This document shows positions 1-10,757 of a stretch of DNA of 64,000 nt, piece after piece. Each line of letters opens with the position of its first letter. The first letter of the stretch is position 1. The notes beneath the pieces were generated by a model that ran no database searches, was not told where the DNA came from, and was given only the letters and a program-made list of their open reading frames with translations. The stretch is from Trichoplax adhaerens (taxonomy: Eukaryota; Animalia; Placozoa). The DNA lies in NCBI RefSeq assembly GCF_000150275.1, contig NW_002060944.1, positions 1,288,911-1,352,910 on the forward strand, in the 5' to 3' direction. A program made the translations under genes and the position numbers.

Positions 1-1012
1 TAATATAACCATTGATCGTATAATTTTGAGAGTAAAATAATCATGGTACCTTCTCGTATTAATATTATGGATTTTTAGTATTTTACCGAATAAGGTATTT
101 TAACCTAGATCATTCTGATTTCATCATAGAATACGACATACTCAAAAAACTTAATTATTAAAATAGTAATTATCAAGTATAAAAAGATGTCCATCGATTT
201 GATGACTAAGTCTTGATTCAAGTGAGAGGTTACAGCATTATACGTATAATAATAATAGATGGATATGAATAGAAGAGAAAAAGAGTTATCGTTTAGTATA
301 AGAAATATTGTCTCGGAAATTCGTTATTGATATATAAAGAACATTGCGCAAGATTTTCTCATTATATCCAAGTCTATTAATTTAGCAATTATTTTAAGTC
401 ATAAAAATATATACATACAATTGAATAACATCTGAATTTTTTTCTACCTGATCATTTTTAACTGCTAGGGCTAGATATCAAGAACTCATAATCAATGAAT
501 GGTTTTTAAAATTAGCAAAGAATAAAGATATCGAATGTATTCAATTTAAAGCTGGACTACTTCAAAATTCAAACCTCATCTTTATATTTGATTTTTTCTA
601 CTTCATATAATAACGTCAACATCGAATTCTTCTATTTTAGAAAGGTTCAATTTTAAGCGCGTATGATCATGATTGATGGAGTTCATTTTAAACTCTGGCA
701 TATGACATTGTTGATTACTTCCATAAGAAATCAAGGTGAAGATACGTCATGTTCGCAAGACGAGATCTTTAACAAGGTCGTGTGAAGTTGTTATTAAAGG
801 CAAATCAAGATCATTTTTACTTAGTAGCGTGAATTGGACTTTATTATTATAGCCAGAATTGGTTATCATGAGATGATAGTGTAGAACAATAGATCGGTAG
901 CATAATTCAAGGCATAGGTATTTTGATCTGAAGATGATCAACACAAGATAGCGGAACTTGAAATTAAGTCTTTGCATTGACCATTTTCTGTTAGAATATC
1001 ATTTCGTTGATT

Positions 1013-2101
1013 ATGGATGTTAATTCAACTACAGATTATAATATTTCTACGCCAGTAGCTGTTATATTCATAATCTATATGTCAATAGCAACCGTTATAG
1101 GGGTTATTGGTAATATCATGGCTTTGATGGTTATCTATCATCAATCGTCATTGCATAATACTGCAGGTATCTTAATGGCCAATCTTGCTGTTGCTGATCT
1201 CTTAATTACTATCTTCAACATGCCCGCTACAATGGTCAGCTTGATTAGTAGCCGTTGGCCACTCGGTTCAATTAATTGCCAGTTCAGTGGTTTTATGATG
1301 ACTTTCGCGACTGGCGTATCTTTATTCACATTAGCTGTTATTAGTATTGATCGTTGTAAATCTATTATCAAGCCATTGCGCTATCAGCAACACTACCCAT
1401 TTCGACAATATATTGCTTTAATATCTTTGTTATGGTTATTTCCATGCTTGATGGCAACGATGCCCTTGCTTGGTTTACAGTCTATTTCACTAGGAAAATA
1501 TCAATACCTTGATTCAAAGGCTTATTGCTGGATTGCTGTCGATCAACATCGCCCTAACCTTGGCTATGTAAGTTTAGTCATGTTGAGCATGACAGCAGCA
1601 TTAGCTATCTTTACCACTTGTTATTTTATGATTTATCGCTCAGCCAAGAAGAGTTATGCTCTAATAGCTTCCCTAACACAACTGTGTGAAATTAATCGTC
1701 AAAAATTTAAATCTAATTTAAAAACAGCTTCAACATTATCTGTTATCGTTGGTGTATTTATGTTTTGTTGGTCACCGTTAGTCCTCATTGATATCGTTTC
1801 CATTTTTGCTCAAGAGCCATTTTATAATGTTGTATCGATAGCTGCACTTCGCTTGGCTTTAAGCAATTCTGCATACAACCCTATCATTTACGGCATATTT
1901 AATCAATCATTTCGTAAAGGTTTTAAGAATATTATGATCCATTGCTGTCTCTTAATGAAAAGAAAGCATAGCAACGAAGTAAAGCAATTTTATGCCGAAG
2001 CCCGAGGAGCCGATATCAAGAGTGAAATCCGTCGAAAGACTACAATACAGTATAGTATTCACATTGATAATAACATTTGTAACAACCTGCGTGTAAAATA
2101 A
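1013..2101 (+). CDS. Intronless class A (rhodopsin-like) GPCR, orphan, 362 aa
   Basis: ORF from first ATG (1013). N-terminal sequons NST/NIS; TM1 GN; TM2 NLAVADL; ECL1 WPLG + TM3 Cys; TM3 DRC; TM4 W; ECL2 Cys (KAYCW); TM6 FCWSP; TM7 NSAYNPIIY; helix 8 FRKGF; CC candidate palmitoylation site. A splice-acceptor-like ttttctgttag ends at 994, suggesting a 5'UTR intron. Confidence 0.95.
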   Translation: MDVNSTTDYNISTPVAVIFIIYMSIATVIGVIGNIMALMVIYHQSSLHNTAGILMANLAVADLLITIFNMPATMVSLISSRWPLGSINCQFSGFMMTFATGVSLFTLAVISIDRCKSIIKPLRYQQHYPFRQYIALISLLWLFPCLMATMPLLGLQSISLGKYQYLDSKAYCWIAVDQHRPNLGYVSLVMLSMTAALAIFTTCYFMIYRSAKKSYALIASLTQLCEINRQKFKSNLKTASTLSVIVGVFMFCWSPLVLIDIVSIFAQEPFYNVVSIAALRLALSNSAYNPIIYGIFNQSFRKGFKNIMIHCCLLMKRKHSNEVKQFYAEARGADIKSEIRRKTTIQYSIHIDNNICNNLRVK

Positions 2102-4732
2102 TTTACTTATTAATTCATTTTATTATCAGAGGACTTTAATAATGAGAAATGAAGGAAGATATTTCAAAGTCTTTCCTCTTCCTCTCTCTTTCTCCTTATT
2201 GACGCACGGAACGTCGTCTCCATGGCGTATTGATATCAATAAGTTGAAATTTAGTATTGTAATATACCCGTATATCATGAAAAGTTTCGTATTGAGACAT
2301 AAAGGATGGGCATTTCAGTGGTATTTTCCGCCTCGCTCTCTTTCTTCATAGACGTAGAACACTTGGTCTCTATGTGATATATTTACATAAATAAACTGAA
2401 TTTTAGTATTTATACATAGGTCATGTGAAGTTTATTATATTATTAAACATGAAGGATGGTATTTCTAGGAAATTTTTTTTTTCTTGCCTTTGTCTATTTC
2501 TCTTCCTATATATATATATATACAGTAAATATATTTATAAAAATAAATATAATTTTCGCATGATGATATTCATTTTTTGTTGCCTTGCTTTTATTTTAAC
2601 ATTATCTATATGGATATAAGCATAAATGTAACATATATAATAATACATATATTATACTCTTCTAAGAGTTTATGTATTCTATTAGTTCAATTGATGACCA
2701 AAAGCTTAAGAATGCATGTTTCCGCTGTGAAAATGACAATTGTTTTCGAACGACATTTGACTGTGCTCCTCTATCTAACTCTAAATGTGATATGCGTCTA
2801 TTTTTTAAGAGTAGTAATTTTAATTAAAAGGCTTATGAGAAGGCCTTGTAAATGGCATAGATAGAATTTGATATCTTGTATATCAAAATACTATATATAT
2901 ATATATATCATCTCATAATCGGTATTTTTAGATTCATTCTTGACAGGTTGGCTCTATGCTACCTATGCAGATGTCTTTGATTTCAACGCTGTACATACGG
3001 TATAGCAGGATAATGTGATCAGACTTATTTCTTTATCACTTTGGCATGTGCAAATGGAATCTACTAATTGATTATTATCCTTTGAAAAGTTGTTTCAATA
3101 TATTGTGTCGTATGTTGACACTTAATTCAATTAATTTATTCATTGTTCTTGGACGCAATTTATTCATATTAACAGCCCGTATTGATGGTATGAATACGAA
3201 ATTAAGGCAAAAAAATAGTGAAAATGAAAAGAAATGATCATTAAGGGTACATCACTTTCGTCATTTAAATTTTTTCCTCCTTATTTGATATTACTGACTT
3301 TTACAATATGTATTGTAAGAGGAGTTGTACTTTATCCGGCTGCTTAAGCATATTTATTGTTATTGTTTTTGTTTTCCGCAAACTTGCGTTTTTGCGCATG
3401 TATAGGACTCAAATGCCATATTAAAGTAAAGCAATATTTTAATGCGTAATTCGCGTTTTACGCCCGTTTCCATTATTCATTATTTTGAAATCAATAATAA
3501 AATGCTTTTCGCAGTCAAAACAGCAAAATGTCATGAACGAATGATACCGGCTAGAATTCACTATAAGATAATCGATATTATAAAAGAGAATAAGAGGATG
3601 ATCAATTTGATTAATCCCAATACAACGATTGAGGATATTAATAATAAAGTTATTCTAGTTCAGTTTTATACCAAAAATGCGGCTAGATATGTGTATTTAG
3701 TTATAGTGTATTGACAATTAAATTCTCCGCCAAGTCGGGCCAAGCGGTAGAATGGTCAGTAGTGTAGTGGAACCGATGTCTATAGCGATCGTTAATTAAT
3801 TCTTGGCCGTAGAGATCCAAGCTCTGTCCATTCCGAACTATTACAGGAATATTCGATGTATTATCTTGTTGCTGGCTATACACTATCAGGAGAATGTCCT
3901 ATCCCACCCCAGTTGCATTTTCATTATTAATTAATCTACTATATAACATAAATAAGAATCATTGTACTATTTATTATTGCATGGTAGAATCCATAGAATT
4001 TATGATACTCTTGTGCAATTCATCACATTTTGCATTCGATGCACAAAAGAACAACAGCAGTTACTCGGCACGGACTATCTAAAGCATATGGACTATAAAT
4101 TTACCTGATATTATAAGATCTTATCATCTTCGTTAAATTAAATTTTGCAATTAACAACTTACTCTCGAAATTGCAGTCAAGATGGATTAAATTCAAGTAG
4201 CGAGAACTGGTTGAAAACCTACCCGTATTGCAAACAAAAGTATTGTGACAGGGACATGAAATCCACATCAAAAGTCCCTAGTGGTAGGTAGTCACTACAT
4301 TACTGAAATGGATAGATCAGCGCAATGCATGATAGTGATTTCCTTTTAGTTTATTTCTTAGCCATTGTCGCTAGTAACTTTGTGCTGTGATACACATCGT
4401 TAGATAATGCCCGAAATATTATTCAAATCTAACGAAAATATTGCCCTTCATTAACAGTATTGTATATCATGATAGACAGTGGAGAAATGCTGCCTGGAAT
4501 GATATCCTTTCCTTTTTATGCTATAAAAGAAAAGAGGGTTTTGTATATGACGGCTATAGAATCAAAGCAGAAAGGATATACTAACAAAAAAAAATGACTT
4601 TAATGTGAGTAACTGTTAGTATGGAAGATCATTGTCGTCTTTAGAACTGCTAAAGTCTTGACGCTAAAAACTTATTCCATGAAAACCTTTGAACGCTCTA
4701 CTAAAGTAGCAGATACGCTGCCATATTGTTTT

Positions 4733-4742
4733 CGCATGCGCA
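4733..4742. promoter_or_regulatory. NRF1-like site (CGCATGCGCA) upstream of RRS1
   Basis: 10/12 match to the NRF1 palindrome TGCGCATGCGCA in an AT-rich background, ~700 bp upstream of the RRS1 ATG and next to the TACTG cluster. Confidence 0.35.
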
Positions 4743-4795
4743 GTGCAATGAATCAGTGTGTAAAAAAGATTCCGTTACGCTGCATAACCAATAAA

Positions 4796-5215
4796 ATACT
4801 GTACACTGTACACTGTACACTGTACAGCGGAGTTAATACGAATAACTGTATTGAAAGTTGATTCTAGTCTCAATGATATACACTGACAATACTGTATATC
4901 AAAGCATGGAGACAAGAAATTGAACTCGTAGTTGAAGTTATTGCAAAACTAACTACTAACTCTCTCTTTATTGTATTGAAAAACGCCGGCTTCTATAAGT
5001 ACTGTACAGTACTGTACTTGCGCCATATGTACAGTACAGTACAGTAATTGCAAGAAATATAGAAATGTACTGTAGAGATACTGTACAGTACAGTACTGTA
5101 CTGTACTGTACTCAATACTGTAGTATCTCTACAGTACAATACTGTACTGTACAGTACTGTACTGTACTGTACAGTATGTTAAACGCAGTTTACAGTACGT
5201 ACTGTACTGTACAGC
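4796..5215. repeat. TACTG/CAGTA pentamer palindromic cluster upstream of RRS1
   Basis: Runs such as actgtacactgtacactgtacactgtacag (~4797-4827) and tactgtacagtacagtactgtactgtactgta (~5079-5110). A 17-bp inverted repeat tgtactgtagagatact (5066-5082) / agtatctctacagtaca (5122-5138). Confidence 0.85.
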
Positions 5216-5433
5216 GTCATGTTAGTCCTGTCAAGTTTCGGACGGACAGAAGTCACTCCATTCTCCACTGTACTCGTGGTTTTGCTAGCTTACAGCATGG
5301 GCATAGCAGAAATAGTTCATGCATCCAATGCAAGACAGCATTAAAATCGCTTGAATTTCTTCCTGTATTGTATATCGATCTTAGAAATTCATTATTATTG
5401 TTATCGTGCATAGTTTAAATAGTGAAGCAACTG

Positions 5434-8400
5434 ATGGAATCAAGTACATTGCATACCAACCAAGATCGAAAGACGGTCATTAATGTGGATAGCATTCTTC
5501 AAGCCCAGTCTCGTCGATATAAGAGCACTGAAGTCAGCAAGAATATCTTGCCAGAGGTTGACCTTGGCAACTTACTGTTAATCGATCGACAACCGGTGGA
5601 TCCACAAGAACTTCAGTAAGCCAATGTTGATGCATACGTTGATACTTGATCTCTATGCTTTTGATATAGGTTGTTATAATATACAAACTGAGCCAAAAAG
5701 TACAAATGATACAATGTTGGTGCTCAATTCTAGCGTGTGCAATATATTAATAGCTCTGCAGTACATGACATCAAGCTCAGCGTGTAGGTGCACCAATGAA
5801 GGAAGGATCGACGAGCTGTACAGTCTATACTGAACTATTTTTAGTGTACTGGTTCTACTTCAACAATCATACTGTAATATATAAAACTCATGCATTGCAG
5901 TAGATGATTGATATATACTTAAGTGTACACTCCCCCAACGAGGAACCATGCATGACATTGATGGATTTATTTTTTGGGGAATCGGTATAATTGTCTTATT
6001 CAGAATCGATCTTGAATACGTATTGCTTACCCCTCAATTATTCCTTGGTATACTGTAACACAGGTCTGATATAGAAATCTCTCTACAGCAGCTTGCGCGT
6101 GACAATACTCAGTGGTTAATCAATGAAATTTGGAAGGTTAGTTGCAAAAGTCCATCCACATCACTTATGTTCAAAATCAGCTATAACATGATTGAATCTA
6201 GCTTCAGTAATAATAATGATGCTGAACTGGTCTTGTAATTTTTTGATCTAATTTACTGATTGCAAATCTTGCATATTCTTGATTATTTTAGCTTCCAACC
6301 CAACAAATGGAGGATGCACTACTGGTACAGGTTCGTATATTTAATTGCCTCGCTAGCGATATAGTAAAGTCTGCGTTATGTAATTATTGGACCGTCTTTT
6401 ATATTATTATTATAATGCACAGACAGTACTATAGTTTCAGAGTGTATGCACAGACATAATAAATTCGTTGCTAGCAAGTAGGTGTATACTGTTACAGTGT
6501 TAATGAATCACGTTCAATCCTTAAATCTATGAGAATAGAGCTATACTTTACTTTAGATATAGAAAAAATTGCACACACAAACATCAAGTTTTGATCTAAT
6601 ATTATTCTGCAAATTAGGTAATGATATCATTTGAAACCTTTTCATCAAAGTTGCCTACGCAAAGAACAGGTTTCTGATCTAATATCATTCTGTACAGTAA
6701 ATTAGGTCATGATATCAATTTGAAACCTCTTTCATCAAAAGGTAGCATGCACAAAGAACAGGTTTCTGATATTCTGTAACTTAGACAATGATATCATTTG
6801 CAACTTTTTCATGGTGATTGACAGAATTATCTAGTACTTGATCAATTCTGTAATTCCTGTGGCTACGGTATACAATATGTGGTTATGTGGATATAGTGCA
6901 AGCCATGTAATCAATTAATAATGTGTGCAATGAAAGAAATCGGCGTTCAGATGCTACATTATTCCTTACTCGACAATAATGATATTATGTAAATTAAATA
7001 CCAGAGATAGTTTTCAGTTGACTGACATAACTGTCTTATCTTATTACATGTATAATCATGATACAGGTAGATAGAATTTACTGAATATCAAGTTAGATAG
7101 CTCGATATCTCACACTATACAGTATTGACACATAAAATATGTAACAAATTTTTAAAGTTACGTGAATCTTGCTTACTTGTATTCGTAATCTTTACTGTAT
7201 GCTAATGATAATCATATTTCATATTTAATAATAATAAGCTACCTATAACGACTGCTAAGCGGATATCTATCTTAATGAGTCCCACTATTAAATGACCAAA
7301 AGTAATTTGTATTGTAGCGTACGATCATACTCTGTCTCATATCATATACATGGCAAGCTCACTACTGCACATTAGTTAATACCTTATGTATGCAGTGTAC
7401 GTTACTGTTAAAACTGATTACTTGAGATTGCAATTTTATTTCCAACATTAGATTTTGTTGTTCTTGGCTAATGAATTGTCATATTGATTTAAATGGTCAT
7501 AGCCAATTTTTTTATACTGTATTTTGATTGATACAAACAGCTACCGGAGCCTACGACTATAGTTGCCCGAGAGAAACCGGTAAGTCCTGAAATTTCAAAT
7601 CCGGAATGAATAAATCTACGGAAAAATTATACTGTACTTGGTTACGCTTTGCTTAGTGCTGGCCAATTGTATCAATGTAATTATTAAGTCCGCGATACGT
7701 TTATGTCGTGCTGTCAAGTTTAAGTCTTATGACGAGTCCACTTGCAAACTTGATGCAATCGTTGCAATGTTGATTCATGTTAGCATATCTGTAATAATAG
7801 AGTTTGTATATATCTGCTAAATGTCTTATTACGTTTAAGGACGTGCGTTGCTTTATGATTGCGCGTATAATGATAATGTTAAAGATATTAATACTAAATT
7901 GTTAGTGCCCCTTTGATGTAATGGCATGTTCAGTAATTGAGGTATTATTACAATTTTTCAATGTCATTCAGTACATGGAAATTAGCATGATATTAGCATT
8001 AATTGATTCCGTAATGCTTATTCATTACAGTCCCATCGGGTGAATACACTTTTAATCTTACATATTTTACTAAAATCGTAGCATTAATAAGGATCATTTT
8101 ATGGTTGTTTTTGTCAATGTAATTGCATAGCAAATTGCAAAATTATTATACAGCCATTCTGTCTTCATAGATACCTAAACCTAAGCCGCCAACAAAATGG
8201 GAGCAATATGCAAAAGCCAAGGTAAATTTCTGCACCTTTATTTACATGCACTAGCTGGTCGTAATCTGCAATAATAATAGTGTATTAAATACGTAGGGAA
8301 TACAAAAACGCAAAAGGGGCAAAATGACCTTTGACGAAAAAACACAGGTACCCCTGCAATTGATTTGAAATTATTGTTTGAAGTACTGATTAGTCTATTG

Positions 8401-10757
8401 CTATGGTTATCTAACTATCTTTTTAGACTTATAAAAGAAGGTGGGGTTATAAAAGTGTTACAGATGACAGTAATGATTGGGTTAAAGAGGTCCCAGAAAA
8501 TGCAGGTCTGTGGTCTATTTACAATAGCTACATTGCCAGATATGTTTATATCGAGATATAGGCTTTATGCACTGGTAAATGTGGTTTTTATATTGGATTC
8601 GGGCACTTTCTCATTCATAGATCCTTATGAAGATCAGTTTGAAGTAGCCAGGGAGGCTAAAAAGGAACGCATTGCAAAGAATGAATTGCAACGATTAAGA
8701 AATATTGAGAGACGACAAAAAGGTAATAAATTTGTTTCTGTTTATTATTTATGTAGGATTTTTTAACAAGTTTGAAGCCTCCAAAGGTATAAATTGTACA
8801 TTAAAAGTTATCGATTAATGTTAAAAGTATGCTATTTTACTATAGCACATGAATGCAACATTTATAAAAAAGGCTAATTTTATATATCTTCTTGTATTAA
8901 AGGTAAGAGTACGAAAACGAAAGCAGCACAGGAAGAGGTTAGTTAGTAGGATTAATGCTATTAAATCGCATTGCATTCGGTATAATTCGAAAACATTAAA
9001 TTAATATGACTTCATTTTCATTCTAGGTAACAAAGGCCATCAAAGACGCTCAGTCATCGACGGCATCTCACGGTGTATTTACCAAAATATTGGTACGTAT
9101 CTTACATAATGGTTGAATTGTGCCCATTTTTGGAAGTTTGCATTCGATTCAGTCTTACAGCCATTGTAGCTAATGTATTACATGATTTGATTAATTCTCA
9201 TTTGGTACTAGCCTCAAGAAAAACGTTTACGAAAAGCTGGAGTTAGAAGAAAGGTTAGCTTTGTATGGTCTTCGTAGAATGAATTAAATGACGTACTTTT
9301 GTATTAAATTTTCATTAAACACAGTGTAATATAGATACGTATCCAGTTAAAAGATAGGCATAGATATTTTTGAATAGAATTAACACTTTTGAGCGCGAAA
9401 TGTAAATCAGCAATCAATCGATGAGATATTATTCATCGTCTTTATAAAGTCTTCTGTTATTGTTTTAATAATTACATTTTTGTTTAGTTACCACCCAATT
9501 TAGGAGATGTTAAATCTGAGCGCGGTGCGGGATTAGAAATTGCTGATAAACTTAGGAAGGCTCCAATATTGAACATACCGAAGGTTGTAATGTACTTAAT
9601 TATAAAGTCGAAAGCTTGATTATACCATTTTCTCACAATTAATTGGTGCTGCTCAGCGTATTTATAGTGGTAAATGACGATTTCGCCATAGAAAGTTATT
9701 CTGTTGCAAACAATGAGTAGCAATAATTTAGATGATATGATAATCCTATCTCCTGCGTAAACGTACTACAGTTTAATATCATTAAATTATGCCTCCGGTT
9801 ATTAAAGTTCTGTTTAGAGCATAAAGGTCAAAGTACTTTTATAGCTATTTTATTACTGAGTGAAGCTGTAACTTCAGCAGCAAACTGGATAATTTTGTGA
9901 ATGTGATTATACAACTGTTGAGTTGCTCACGTCATTCTTTTCGATATTTCAAATTTTATACTGCAATTTCTAGTACTGTAGAAGGAACCTAATCTTAAAA
10001 CGCATTTTATAAGTCTAAGTATCGTAAATTGTTGCCATATTGACAATGTCAATTACACTGTATAGTATCATATTAGACAATGATGGTATCTCAGCTTTTT
10101 AAGGTATTTTATTACGCATTGGACATAGCCTAGCTTTTACTTTTATGATTTGATTACGTGAATTTGTAAATTATAATTTCGTTAAGCTAATCCTACGAAA
10201 TTAGCTATAAATGGGTCGCTAATTAATTCCGTTAATTAAATTCTAAAGAGTAAAAAATGTATGCGACATTTAGCCTATTATTGCCTTATTCAATGACAAT
10301 ATTGTATATATAAAATGTAAGATTCTTCGATACCCTTCATAACTTGCCACTTATTTATTTTCGTATTAGGCTGTAAGCATGAATCCAGTTGAGGAAGACG
10401 GAAAGTATGTTATCCATGCTATATCGAAATTTGATTAGTTCGTCAAAGCATTAATTACCTGTTAGAGGAATTTTCGAGAATTATTAAGCGTTAAAGTATC
10501 TTTGGCTTGATATTTCTTAGAAAATCGAAAAAAGGCAGAAAGTCTAAAGGCAACTTTCGCCAAGGAAAACGGGCTAAAATGAGCAATAGGTAAGGTTGAT
10601 AAATATTTTAATATGGCTATTATGATATCTATTCTATACGATAATGAGAAGGACTTTTATATATATCAACATCATAATTTTTAACCTTGTTTATTTTAGA
10701 AATTTCTCCCAAAAAACAAAGAAAAGTAGTGCTATTAGTAGAAGTAAAAAGAAATGA
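5434..10757 (+). CDS. RRS1: Ribosome biogenesis regulatory protein RRS1, 15 coding exons, ~338 aa
   Basis: Exons 5434-5615, 6064-6136, 6292-6330, 7541-7579, 8171-8221, 8297-8347, 8427-8505, 8621-8722, 8903-8937, 9027-9092, 9212-9253, 9488-9583, 10370-10404, 10521-10589, 10700-10757. All introns GT-AG and phase-consistent (1017 nt). Motifs DLGNLL, LARDNTQ.LIN.IW.LP, LPEPTT..REKP.PKPKP.TKWE, RRWGY, KKERIAKNELQRLRN, STAS.G.F and a basic tail match the RRS1 family. Confidence 0.95.
6588..6812. repeat. Degenerate tandem repeat (~85-90 bp, ~2.6 copies) in RRS1 intron 3
   Basis: Recurring unit tgatctaatat.attctg...ttagg..atgatatca.tttgaaacc.tttcatcaaa...caaagaacaggtttc starting at ~6588, ~6670 and ~6762. 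Confidence 0.8.

Noticed and set aside
1141-1371. Antisense 76-aa ORF
   Set aside because: Shadow of the GPCR coding strand.
2507-2908. Short (TA)n runs and nearby short ORFs
   Set aside because: Ordinary microsatellites and AT-rich spurious ORFs.
4251-4280. RNase MRP/P-like AAAGTCCC motif
   Set aside because: No partner CR-V/P4 strand found downstream.
5065-5418. 117-aa ORF rich in TVQY/CTVL
   Set aside because: Translation of the TACTG pentamer cluster; no protein features.
8365-8766. 133-aa ORF as a standalone gene
   Set aside because: Overlaps RRS1 exons 7-8; only 8621-8722 is coding in that frame.
9484-9723. 79-aa minus ORF
   Set aside because: Antisense to RRS1 exon 12.
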